A DNA stretch of 64,000 bases from NCBI GenBank assembly GCA_963718285.1, contig CAVQYU010000005.1, positions 690,552 to 754,551 of the forward strand. Direction: 5' to 3'. Source of the stretch: an uncultured Chloroflexia bacterium. Lineage in GTDB: Bacteria; Chloroflexota; Limnocylindria; Limnocylindrales; CSP1-4. Below, one piece after another: positions 55,298-64,000 of this stretch (within the stretch, counting starts at the first letter, position 1; the number at the start of each line of letters is the position of its first letter). The notes under the pieces were generated by a model. The model searched no databases. It saw only the letters and a program-made list of their open reading frames with translations, and had not been told where the DNA came from. Position numbers and translations under genes: made by a program.

Positions 55298-57345
55298 GCG
55301 GCGAGCGGGCCGGGCCCGAGGAGATCCTCGGCGGCCTGAACGAGGCGCAGCGCCAGGCGGTCCTGGCTACCTCCGGGCCCGTCGCGATCCTGGCCGGCGC
55401 GGGAACCGGCAAGACCCGGGTGATCAGCCGGCGGGCGGCCTACGCCATCGCCACCGGGGTCGTGCCGGCGGCCGAGGTCCTGGTCGTGACCTTCACCGAC
55501 AAGGCCGCGACCGAGATGGCCGAGCGCCTGCGCCAGCTCGGCCAGCCCGGGGTGACGGCCCGGACGTTCCACGCCCACGCCCTCTCCCAGCTGCGCCACT
55601 TCTGGCCGTCGCGGCACGACGGAGCCGCCGCCCCGGCGATCCTCGAGTCAAAGTTCCCGATCGTCGGCCGGATCGCGCGCGGCCTGCCCGGCGGCTATCG
55701 CTTCACGCCTGCCCGGGATCTCGCGGCCGAGATCGAGTGGGCCAAGAATCGCCGGATCGGCCCGGCCGGCTACCCCGCCGCCGCCCTCGCCGCCCGACGC
55801 GATCCGCCGATCCCGGTCGAGCTCATGGCCCGGGCCTATTCCGACTACGAGCGGGCTCGGCAACGCTCCGGCCGGATCGACTTCGAGGACATGCTGGGCG
55901 CCACGATCGACCTGCTCGAGGGCGACCCGGCGGCCGTCGCCATCGTGCGCGGCCGTAAGCGCTGGTTCAGCGTCGATGAGTACCAGGACACGAATCCGCT
56001 CCAGGAGCGGCTCCTGGAGCTGTGGGCTGGGTCGAGCCGCGATATCTGCGTCGTGGGCGACGAGGACCAGACGATCTACAGCTTCACCGGTGCCTCGAGC
56101 CAGTACCTGCGCGACTTTGCTCGAACCCATCCCGGAACCAGCGTGATCGCCCTGACCGAGAACTACCGCTCCACTCCTGAGATCCTCGAGCTGGCCAACC
56201 GCCTCCTGGCCGGCGACGGCCGGACCAAGGTCCTCACCACCAGCCGCGGCTCCGGCCCGTCGCCATCGTTTGCCGCCTATGCCGATGCCGATGCCGAGCT
56301 CGACGGCCTGGTCCGCGCGATCCGGGCACGGCTGGCCGAGGGGATCGACCCGGCCGAGATGGCCGTGCTCGTCCGGATGAACGCCCAGCTGGCGCCCGTC
56401 GAGGCGACCCTGACCGCGGCCGGCCTGCCGTATGTCGTCCGGGGCGGCCGCTTCTACGAGCGGCCGGACATCCGGGCTGCCCTGCGCGCGATCGAGCGGG
56501 CCGGGATCGCCGCCCTGGGCCGGGACCTGCCGGGGGCGGTCGAGGCGGTCTTCGGGTCGGCCCTGGGCTATGACCCCGGTGCGAGCGCGACCGGCACCGA
56601 GGAGCGTGAGCGCGCGGCGGGCCTCGAGGTCCTCCTGGCGATCACCCGCGACCTCGTTGCCAGCGGGGCTGGTCAGGCTAGCTCGACGGAACCGAAGCCG
56701 GGGGCCCCCGAACTCCTGGCAGAGCTCGCCCGCCGCGACGCGGCCGAACGGGCCAACTCGGCCGGTGGGCTCACCCTCTCGACGATCCACCGGGCCAAGG
56801 GCCTCGAGTGGGATGCGGTCTTCCTGCCTGGCCTCGAGGAGGGCAGCCTGCCGGCCGGCCAGGCCGCCGGTGACCCGGCGGCGATCGCCGAGGAGCGCCG
56901 CCTCCTGTACGTGGCGATCACCCGGGCCCGCAGCCATCTCGCCCTGTCGTGGGCCGAGCGCCGGGCCGGTCCGGGCGGTCGCGAGGGCAGCCGCCATCGC
57001 TCCCGCTTCGTCGACGACCTGATCGGGCCGGACCAGGCCCGCGGACGAGCCGTCGCGCGGACCAGGCCCCGCGCCGGCCAGGCTGCTCCGGGCAGCCCCG
57101 GAGCGACCCTCGAAGCCCTGTCGGGCGCCGACGCGACCCGCTTCGAGGCCCTCAAGCGCTGGCGCTCGGAGCGAGCCCGGGCCGACGCCGTGCCGGCCTA
57201 CGTGATCGCCCATGACGCCACCCTGCGCTCGATCGCCCAGGAGCAGCCCGCCTCCAGCGTCGCCCTGGGCCGGGTCAAGGGCATGGGTCCGGCCCGGCTC
57301 GAGCGCTATGGTGCCGAGATCCTGGCCGTCCTCGGAGGCGCCTGA
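55294..57345 (+). CDS. uvrD2: ATP-dependent DNA helicase UvrD2 with HRDC domain (probable CTG start)
   Basis: LNEAQRQAV, AGAGTGKT, VDEYQD, GDEDQTIYSF, NYRST, TIHRAKGLEW, EERRLLYVAITRA; HRDC motif LKRWR..VPAYVI. Confidence 0.9.
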   Translation: MSGERAGPEEILGGLNEAQRQAVLATSGPVAILAGAGTGKTRVISRRAAYAIATGVVPAAEVLVVTFTDKAATEMAERLRQLGQPGVTARTFHAHALSQLRHFWPSRHDGAAAPAILESKFPIVGRIARGLPGGYRFTPARDLAAEIEWAKNRRIGPAGYPAAALAARRDPPIPVELMARAYSDYERARQRSGRIDFEDMLGATIDLLEGDPAAVAIVRGRKRWFSVDEYQDTNPLQERLLELWAGSSRDICVVGDEDQTIYSFTGASSQYLRDFARTHPGTSVIALTENYRSTPEILELANRLLAGDGRTKVLTTSRGSGPSPSFAAYADADAELDGLVRAIRARLAEGIDPAEMAVLVRMNAQLAPVEATLTAAGLPYVVRGGRFYERPDIRAALRAIERAGIAALGRDLPGAVEAVFGSALGYDPGASATGTEERERAAGLEVLLAITRDLVASGAGQASSTEPKPGAPELLAELARRDAAERANSAGGLTLSTIHRAKGLEWDAVFLPGLEEGSLPAGQAAGDPAAIAEERRLLYVAITRARSHLALSWAERRAGPGGREGSRHRSRFVDDLIGPDQARGRAVARTRPRAGQAAPGSPGATLEALSGADATRFEALKRWRSERARADAVPAYVIAHDATLRSIAQEQPASSVALGRVKGMGPARLERYGAEILAVLGGA

Positions 57346-57362
57346 AGAAACGGCCTGGCCCC

Positions 57363-57388
57363 TGTCGATTTCCTGACTCGCGTTCGTT
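57363..57388 (+). promoter_or_regulatory. Putative ECF sigma promoter (ECF42-like)
   Basis: TGTCGA-N16-CGTT upstream of the VOC gene. Confidence 0.45.
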
Positions 57389-57449
57389 GTACAGGTGAGG
57401 GTCAACGAGGCACCAGAACCTCGGTCCCCGGGCAGTGGAGATCGACACC

Positions 57450-57800
57450 ATGGCAGACGCGAAGGTCATCCATTTCGAGGTCAGGGGCAAGGACCAGAAG
57501 GCGCTCCAGGCCTATTACAGCGACGTGTTCGGCTGGAAGTTCGACACGAGCGCGCCGGGCGGCTACGGCATGACCGATCCAGCCACGACCGGGATTGTCG
57601 TGGGCGTCGGCGCGACGCCCGACGGCTCGGCCGGTCATGTCACCGGCTACGTCACCGTTTCGAGCATCGACGCCACCGTGGCCAAGGCCGTTGCGGCCGG
57701 CGGCCGGGTGATCATGCCCAAGTTCTCCCCGGGCGGCGGCGCGACGCTGGCCCTCGTGGCCGATCCCGAAGGCCACATCGTGGGCCTGACCGAGGTCTAG
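57450..57800 (+). CDS. VOC/glyoxalase family protein
   Basis: HFEV, YSDVFGW, AGG, DPEGH.VGL. Confidence 0.88.
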   Translation: MADAKVIHFEVRGKDQKALQAYYSDVFGWKFDTSAPGGYGMTDPATTGIVVGVGATPDGSAGHVTGYVTVSSIDATVAKAVAAGGRVIMPKFSPGGGATLALVADPEGHIVGLTEV

Positions 57801-57825
57801 GCCGTCACGGGTTCCGGACGGGTTC

Positions 57826-58374
57826 TCAGCGGCCCGTCCGGAACGCTTCGCCGTGGCCCGGGATGACGATGTCGGCCGCTGCCAGGATCCGGGCGCGGCT
57901 CGTCTCGAGTCGTGCCTGATCGGAGGCGAGGGGATCCAGCTCCGGCGTCCGATCGCCGCGCCACCAGGCGTGGGTCATGGCATAGGTGCCATCGTCAGCA
58001 GTCACGATCAGCGAGGCGTCCTGATCCGTGTGGCCGGGGGTCAGCCACAGCTCCGAGCTCGGGCCGAGGTGGTAGCCATCGCCATCGTGGTCGAGCCACT
58101 CGTCGCCCACGTAGCGTGCCCAGAAGTCGACCACCTCCGCCGCCGGGAAGAGGGCGACGTTGATCGTGTGGTCGGGATGGTGGTGGCTCAGGAAGACGTG
58201 GCTGATCGACTCGGGCGTGATGCCCAGCCCGGCCAGGGGCTCCAGGATGAGCGAGCGCCGCGCGACCATGCCCGGATCCACGATGATTCGGGCGTCACCG
58301 TCGAGCACCAGCACGACGCTGCTGGCGACCCGGTCGCCGGCGTAGCCGGCGTGAAGGAGATGGACGGAGGCCAT
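57826..58374 (-). CDS. MBL-fold metallo-hydrolase
   Basis: VDPG, SHHHPDH, TPGHT, IPGHG; leaderless TATCAT box. Confidence 0.87.
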   Translation of the reverse strand: MASVHLLHAGYAGDRVASSVVLVLDGDARIIVDPGMVARRSLILEPLAGLGITPESISHVFLSHHHPDHTINVALFPAAEVVDFWARYVGDEWLDHDGDGYHLGPSSELWLTPGHTDQDASLIVTADDGTYAMTHAWWRGDRTPELDPLASDQARLETSRARILAAADIVIPGHGEAFRTGR

Positions 58375-58472
58375 CGGTCGATGATACGGGCCGCGCCGCC
58401 TGCGCCGCACAGCCGGCGCCAGACGGGCTGTGGCTGGCAAGATGGTCCGGTCGACCGCAGCGGAGGCAGTCA

Positions 58473-59279
58473 GTGCAGGTCACCGGGCTCGATCACGTCC
58501 AGCTTGCGATTCCGGCCGGTGGCGAGGAGGCCGCCCGGGCGTTCTACGCCGGCCTGCTCGGCCTGGCCGAAGTGGCCAAGCCGCCCGCCCTGGCCGGCCG
58601 GGGCGGCTGCTGGTTCAGCGGCCCGGGGCTGTCCCTCCACCTTGGGATCGAGCAACCCTTCACCCCGGCCCGCAAGGCCCACGTCGCCCTCGGCGTCGAG
58701 GATCTCGACGCGGCGCGCGCGGCGCTCCTCGCCGCCGGCGTGCCGGTCGCCGACGACCCTGCCGATATCGGTCGGCGCCGCTTCCATGCGAGTGACCCGT
58801 TCGACAACCGGATCGAGCTCGTCGAGCGGCCCGGCTCGCGGCTGCCCGACGGCGTTCGAGCCCGCCGCGGCCCGTTCGAGATCAGCACCGATCGCGGTCG
58901 CCTGGACCTCGCCTGGCTCGTCGGGGCCCTCTCGGAGCGAGCCTACTGGTCGGTCGGCCGGTCAGCTGCGGCGATCCAGCGCTCGATCGATGGCTCGGTC
59001 TGCTACGGCGTCTATCGCGGTCCGCAGCAGCTGGGCATCGCCCGGGTGGTGACCGACGGCGCGACGTTCGCCTGGCTGTGCGACGTCTTCATCGACGAGG
59101 CGTCGCGCGGCCAGGGCCTCGGGATCTGGCTCATCGAAACGATCGTGGCCGAGCCGGACCTGGCCGGGATCCGCCGGTTCATCCTGGCCACCCGTGACGC
59201 GGGCGAGCTGTATCGGCGCCATGGCGGGTTCGAGCCGCTGCCCAATCCCGAGCGCTGGATGGCCCGGATCAACTCCTGA
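58473..59279 (+). CDS. VOC + GNAT fusion protein
   Basis: LDHVQL..FYAGLLG..DPFDNRIEL, then ISTD..YW..ARVVTD..DVFI..RGQGLG..LATRDA..LY. Confidence 0.82.
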   Translation: MQVTGLDHVQLAIPAGGEEAARAFYAGLLGLAEVAKPPALAGRGGCWFSGPGLSLHLGIEQPFTPARKAHVALGVEDLDAARAALLAAGVPVADDPADIGRRRFHASDPFDNRIELVERPGSRLPDGVRARRGPFEISTDRGRLDLAWLVGALSERAYWSVGRSAAAIQRSIDGSVCYGVYRGPQQLGIARVVTDGATFAWLCDVFIDEASRGQGLGIWLIETIVAEPDLAGIRRFILATRDAGELYRRHGGFEPLPNPERWMARINS

Positions 59280-59306
59280 GCGAGGCGGCGGCGGCGCGCC
59301 GCCGGG

Positions 59307-60146
59307 TTACTGGCCGAGGCCGGGGATCGTGAACGGCTGGTCGCTGATCTGGTCCGCCGGCGGCGCCGCGATCGTCACGGCGGCGTCGTAGTTGGTCAGG
59401 TCGATCGTCAGCGAGAGGGTGCCCTGGGAGGCGCCGTCGACGGCGATCACGAGCCGGCTCGGCCGGCCATCCGACTTCTGGCTCCAGACATCGACCGTCG
59501 CGCTGCCGCTCACGCCATCAAGGGCGCCGCTGGCCATGGGCACATCGCTGCTGGCAACCTTCACCTGGATGTGGTGGCAGTCCTGGCCATTGACCGTCTC
59601 GTCGGCCAGAAGGGTCGGCGGCGGCAGCTTGGCCAGCGCGGCCTGAACCTCGGACAGCACGGCCGAGGCCTCCGGGGCGGGGGAGCCGCCCACGGCCGTG
59701 CTCGGGATCGGCAGGGCGCCGGTCAGGCTCGAGGTGTCGAGCTTCTCGTACTGGGCCCCGGTCAGGCTCGTCTTGATGTAGGCGACGCCGCCGACGACGA
59801 TCACGTTGGCCGTCAGGTTGAGCAGGGCCGGCACGGTCGCGGTCACGGTCGCGGCGCTGTTCACGACGTCGAGGTCGCCCTCGATCGTGGTCCCTGCCAG
59901 GTCCAGGCTCGAGCCGCTGCCCGATGGGCCCGAGCTGGCGCTGTCGCCGCCAAGCAGGCCGCCGGTGTTGAGGCTGCCGGTCACGGCCACCTTGTAGTGG
60001 ACGCTCTTGACGTCGTGGAGGGAGGCCGTGGTCGCGGCCAGGATGGCCGCGGGGTCGGTCGGAACGGGGGTCGCCGCCGGGCCGTTGCTGCAGGCCGCGA
60101 TCACGATCGCGACTGCGGCCAGGAGGGTGAGCATTCGGCGTGGCAT
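59307..60146 (-). CDS. LppX/LprAFG-like lipoprotein
   Basis: Lipobox IAAC after a hydrophobic signal peptide; ETVNG..CHH; C-terminal V.I.APP. Confidence 0.7.
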   Translation of the reverse strand: MPRRMLTLLAAVAIVIAACSNGPAATPVPTDPAAILAATTASLHDVKSVHYKVAVTGSLNTGGLLGGDSASSGPSGSGSSLDLAGTTIEGDLDVVNSAATVTATVPALLNLTANVIVVGGVAYIKTSLTGAQYEKLDTSSLTGALPIPSTAVGGSPAPEASAVLSEVQAALAKLPPPTLLADETVNGQDCHHIQVKVASSDVPMASGALDGVSGSATVDVWSQKSDGRPSRLVIAVDGASQGTLSLTIDLTNYDAAVTIAAPPADQISDQPFTIPGLGQ

Positions 60147-60330
60147 CGAGTACCTCTGGATCAAGTCATGGCAGTCAGGGCTGGGGCTAAGGGTAGCCAA
60201 TGTCGTCGGACGGGTCCGGCGAGCGCATTGTTACGCTCGAACGGGCGCCCGAGCCATCCCCTGATCGGGCTAGCCCAGGTCAGAGTAGAGTCGGCCAACT
60301 GGGGCAGGTCAACGAGCCAAGGAGATCTCG

Positions 60331-60747
60331 ATGCAGGCCTATCGGACCGGCGTCTCGCGCTGGCGCCATCCCGTGAATATCGCGCTCCATGCGAATGCGA
60401 GCCCGGGCGTGCGGGTCGCCAACGCGGTCACGGGGTTCATGGGCTCCTGGAAGTTCATCATCATCCAGACGATCATCGTCGGCGCCTGGGTGGCAGGCAA
60501 CATCTACCTTGTCTTCCACTTCGACCCCTATCCGTTCATCTTCCTCAACCTGGCCTTCAGCACCCAGGCGGCCTACGCCGCACCGCTCATCCTGCTGGCC
60601 TCCAACCAGTCCGCCACTCGCGACCGGGCCACCCTCGAATACGCGGCCAAGGAGGCCGCCGAGGGCGACCAGAAGGAGGACGACCTGGCGGTCCGGGTGA
60701 AGCACATCGAGGCGATGCTCGAGCAGCTCAGCGCCAGCCGGCCGTGA
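60331..60747 (+). CDS. DUF1003 membrane protein
   Basis: GSWKFI, FDPYPFIFLNLAFSTQAAYAAPLILLA.N. Confidence 0.9.
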   Translation: MQAYRTGVSRWRHPVNIALHANASPGVRVANAVTGFMGSWKFIIIQTIIVGAWVAGNIYLVFHFDPYPFIFLNLAFSTQAAYAAPLILLASNQSATRDRATLEYAAKEAAEGDQKEDDLAVRVKHIEAMLEQLSASRP

Positions 60748-60766
60748 CCTGCCAGACGTTCGCCAG

Positions 60767-61345
60767 ATGATCGATTTCGGGCCGGTCCGGGACGGCGGCC
60801 TGGAGCTGGCCGACCTGGCCCTGGGCCTGACGAAGGCAGACCTGGTCGGGGCCAGTCGGGCCTTGACCGGCGATCTCCTCGACCGCCTCGAGCTGGCCGA
60901 GGATGCCGACCTGACCTTCGTGCCCCAGGATCCCGAGGCCAACGATACGTTTGCCGACGATTCCGGTGAGGTCGACCTGGCCTGGACCCTCGGCCACGTG
61001 ATCGTCCATCTCACGGCCAGCGCCGAGGAGGCCGCGTTCCTGGCCGCAGAGCTGGCGCGTGGGGTCGAGCCCCACGGGCGATCCCGCTACGAGGTGCCCT
61101 GGCCCACCCTGACCACGATCGCGGCCGGCCGGGCGCGCCTGGCCGAGAGCCAGCGGATGCTCGAGGCCAGCCTTGACTCGTGGCCCGACGAGCCGCACCT
61201 CGACGTCGTGTTCACCACCTCGCGCGGCACGACCCGCAACGCCCTGGCCCGGTTCCTGGGCGGCCTGCTCCACGCCGACGCCCACCTCGAGCAGGTCTCG
61301 GACATCCTGGCCCAGGCCAGGGCGGCGCGGGGCAGCGGCGGCTGA
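60767..61345 (+). CDS. DinB family protein
   Basis: WTLGHVIVH and LHADAHLEQ metal-binding His pattern. Confidence 0.75.
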   Translation: MIDFGPVRDGGLELADLALGLTKADLVGASRALTGDLLDRLELAEDADLTFVPQDPEANDTFADDSGEVDLAWTLGHVIVHLTASAEEAAFLAAELARGVEPHGRSRYEVPWPTLTTIAAGRARLAESQRMLEASLDSWPDEPHLDVVFTTSRGTTRNALARFLGGLLHADAHLEQVSDILAQARAARGSGG

Positions 61346-61426
61346 GCACGATCAGGGGCCCCGCGCCCGAAGCTTCGGCGCAGGCCGGCCATTTCGATCG
61401 AACCTGGGGCGCGTGGCGCTGGTCCT

Positions 61427-61993
61427 ATGAGTGTGACCACCTTGAACGCGTCATTCGATAACCACCTCGTCGAGGCGGCCCGGGACCGTGATCCCGAGGC
61501 CTTTGCGGCCCTGGTCCGGCCGCGCCTCGATCGCCTCATGCGGACCGCCCGGGCGATCCTTGGCCACGACGCCGACGCCGGCGACGCGCTCCAGGACGCC
61601 CTCACCCGCGCGTGGCAGGGCATGCCTGGCCTGCGCGATCCCGACCAGTTCGACGCCTGGTTGACCCGGATCGTGGTCAATGCCTGCCGGACCGCCCTCA
61701 AGCGTCGCTCCCGGACCTGGGTCCGTGAGATCAGCCTGAACCCCGAGCCCGGCCCGGACGATCCGGTGAGCCGTCAGCCCGGGCCCGAGGGCGTGGTCGA
61801 CCGGCTGTCGGTCGAGGCCGCCTTCGAACGCCTGAGCGTCGATGAGCGGACGATCCTCGTCCTCCACCACCTCGAAGGCCGGTCGCTCGACGAGATCGGC
61901 GCGATTCTGTCGATTCCCGTGGGCACGGCCAAGTCGCGGCTTTATGCCGCCCGTCAATCGCTCGAACGAGCCCTACAGAGGCAACACCGATGA
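61427..61993 (+). CDS. ECF RNA polymerase sigma factor
   Basis: DALQDA, F.AWL.RI..N.C, L..EI..IL.IP.GTAKSRL. Confidence 0.92.
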   Translation: MSVTTLNASFDNHLVEAARDRDPEAFAALVRPRLDRLMRTARAILGHDADAGDALQDALTRAWQGMPGLRDPDQFDAWLTRIVVNACRTALKRRSRTWVREISLNPEPGPDDPVSRQPGPEGVVDRLSVEAAFERLSVDERTILVLHHLEGRSLDEIGAILSIPVGTAKSRLYAARQSLERALQRQHR

Positions 61994-62817
61994 CTACGCC
62001 CAATGACGACCAGATCCGGGACATGCTCGAGGCGCGAGCGGATCAGCCCAATGGCGCCAATCCCGACGACATCCTGGACCACGTGATGCGGTCGAGCCCG
62101 CCGGGCCGGGCCGCGTCCATCTGGCCGAAGCTGTTCGGCGGCCTGGCCGCCGGAGCCCTGGTCGTGATCGTGGCCGGGGTCTTCCTGACCAACCAGGCCG
62201 GTGGACCGGGTGCAGCCGGTTCAGCCGGGGCCGGCGCGGGAACCGGGTCGAGCGGGCCATCGGCCGGTCCATCGGCCGGTTCATCGGTCGCGGCCCCGTC
62301 CACGGCCCCGTCCACCCCGTCCACGGCCGGCCCGACGGTGGCCCCGGCCACGCCCGTGCCCACGCTGGCCGCCAACCGACCCTGCCTGACCTCCCAATTG
62401 AGCGCCAGGATCGTGAGCTGGGAGGGCGCGGCAGGCAATCGGATCGCCACCGTTCGGGTGACGAACGAGGGCCAGGTGAGGTGCATCCTGGCCGGCAATC
62501 CCGGCGTCCAGCTGCGTGGATCGGACGGCGCCATCCTGATCGACTCGTCGACCAACGGGGGCAGTGCTCCGTCAGGCTCGGGCACGGGAGCCATCGACGT
62601 CGCGTCGGTTGGCGCGGTCACGACCGAAGTCGATGCCTCCAACTACTGTGGCCCGGCGCCGGCCCTGCCCGTCACGGTTGCGTTCGTCCTGCCGGCCGGG
62701 GCCGGCACGGTCGTGGCCAAGCCCGCCCCGGGCACGGACGATGCGTTCGCCGTCCCGCCCTGCAATGGCCCGGCGCCGGCCGTGATCTCGACCAACGGCT
62801 GGGTGGCCGCACATTAG
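61990..62817 (+). CDS. Putative anti-sigma factor with extracytoplasmic DUF4232-like domain
   Basis: ATGA overlap with the ECF gene; short cytoplasmic N-terminus, TM helix, Ser/Pro/Ala linker, C...L, EGAAG, N....C.L.G.P. Confidence 0.7.
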   Translation: MTTPNDDQIRDMLEARADQPNGANPDDILDHVMRSSPPGRAASIWPKLFGGLAAGALVVIVAGVFLTNQAGGPGAAGSAGAGAGTGSSGPSAGPSAGSSVAAPSTAPSTPSTAGPTVAPATPVPTLAANRPCLTSQLSARIVSWEGAAGNRIATVRVTNEGQVRCILAGNPGVQLRGSDGAILIDSSTNGGSAPSGSGTGAIDVASVGAVTTEVDASNYCGPAPALPVTVAFVLPAGAGTVVAKPAPGTDDAFAVPPCNGPAPAVISTNGWVAAH

Positions 62818-63934
62818 TTGCCAGCGATCCGGGCCGGTCTCTTCGGGGGCTCGGTCAAGGCTGTCCTTGCCCTCGTCCTGATCGGGCCGCTCGCGGTCGT
62901 CCTGGCTGGCCCGCTGGCCGGTCGGGTCCAGGCTGGCTCGGTCGCGGTGGTCAGCCACGGCGACCCGGCCGAGCACGAGATCGCCCTGACCTTCGATGAC
63001 GGGGTGAGCCCGGCGAACTGCCGCCGGATCCTGGCGATCCTGGTGGAGCACAAGATCGCGGCCACGTTCTTCCCCCTGGCTGAGGCGATGCGCCTGGATC
63101 CATCGTTTTGGCAGCTGGTCGGGCAGGCGGGCTACCCGGTCGGCAACCACAGCCTGACCCACCCGGAGATGCCCGAGCTGGATCTGTCCGCCCAGGTCCG
63201 CCAGATCCAGACGGCCCGGGTGCTCGAGGAATCGATCCTGGGCCGGGCCACGATCGACGTCTTCCGGCCGCCCTACGGCGCCTACGACGCCACGACCCTG
63301 AGTGCGGCCGGCGAGGCGGGCTACTCGACGGTCCTGACCTGGAGCAATTCTGATCGGGACACCTCGCCCACCGGACACGAACCGGCGATGCTGGCTGCCG
63401 GCGAGCTGGGCGGCAACGGCTCGGTCATCCTGCTCCACTGTGGCCCGAACGTGACCCCGTTCCTGTTGACGCCCTTGATCCAGTTCTACCAGGCCCGCGG
63501 CTACCGGTTCGTGACGATCCCCGAGATGCTGGGTATTGCCTGGAACTCTGGGCGGACGGCGGCGATCAGCCCGAGCCAGATCCTGCACGGCCTGTCGCCC
63601 CTGCCGGGGACGAGCTCGGGCGGGCCGATCACCGGTCCCGACGGCTGGAGTCCGCCGCCCGGCGTCGTTCTTGCGCCGATGCCGGCCAGTTCGCCAGGGC
63701 CGTCGCGTTCCGGCGACGTCCACGGGTCGGCGGCACCGGCCAGATCCGAGCGCCCCACCGTCCATCGGTGCGCCCGCGCCGTCTTCGAAGCCGGTCGCGC
63801 TACCTGCCGCCGGCGTCCAGCCGGCCAAATCGCGCCGGCTCGCCCTGGCCGGACTCCTGCTGGCGGCCCTGCTGGGCCTGGGCTCGTTCAGCAGCGCTGT
63901 TGTCGTGGTGATCCGCTCGCGGCGGTTGCCCTAG
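62818..63934 (+). CDS. Polysaccharide deacetylase (NodB/CE4) with C-terminal TM anchor (frameshift at about 63700-63750)
   Basis: ALTFDDG, GNHSLTH, FRPPYG, ILLH, GYRFVTIPE; TM tail in the frame ending at 63934. Confidence 0.85.
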
Positions 63935-64000
63935 AGGCGAAATCGTCCGACCGGTGCGTCGGCTGGTGAGGTCCGGGCCGGTCCGGGCGACGCCGTGGCT

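Noticed and set aside
62200-62370. Short tandem repeats (CCATCGGCCGGT, GTCCACGGCCCC)
   Set aside because: They encode the Ser/Pro/Ala/Gly linker of the anti-sigma factor; ordinary low-complexity coding sequence.

Overview
High-GC bacterial chromosomal window made up mostly of housekeeping genes. Gene content (DUF4446, two REC-CpaE proteins, fhaA-fhaB-rodA-pbpA, MoxR-DUF58-transglutaminase) suggests an uncultured Chloroflexota/Terrabacteria soil-type organism; the taxonomy is inference only. In order: a Cys-rich protein, fhaA-fhaB-rodA-pbpA, GH63 glucosidase, MoxR triad, serine-biosynthesis operon, rarA, GGDEF/HD-GYP protein, UvrD-nuclease fusion, amidohydrolase-agmatinase, cpaE-like-murI-ychF, rifampin phosphotransferase with an in-frame TAG, mrfAB and an AlkZ-like glycosylase, tRNA-Met, ftsH, a stand-alone DnaB-like motor with ppa and thpR, tyrA, a second cpaE-like gene, uvrD2, and an ECF/anti-sigma/deacetylase unit. 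Many genes between about 7 and 35 kb carry single-base frameshifts, most likely long-read consensus errors. There is no CRISPR array, prophage or transposase. The most unusual signal is a family of three ~170-190 bp intergenic elements (13013-13201, 16997-17184, 45987-46157). They have inverted termini of fixed geometry (TGMCAAAT-N15/16-CTWA) and a GCTCAG motif 79-80 bp from one end, while the spacer sequences have diverged. Other notable signals are pervasive leaderless promoters, probable CTG and ACG start codons, and two CpaE paralogues with reciprocal motif loss.
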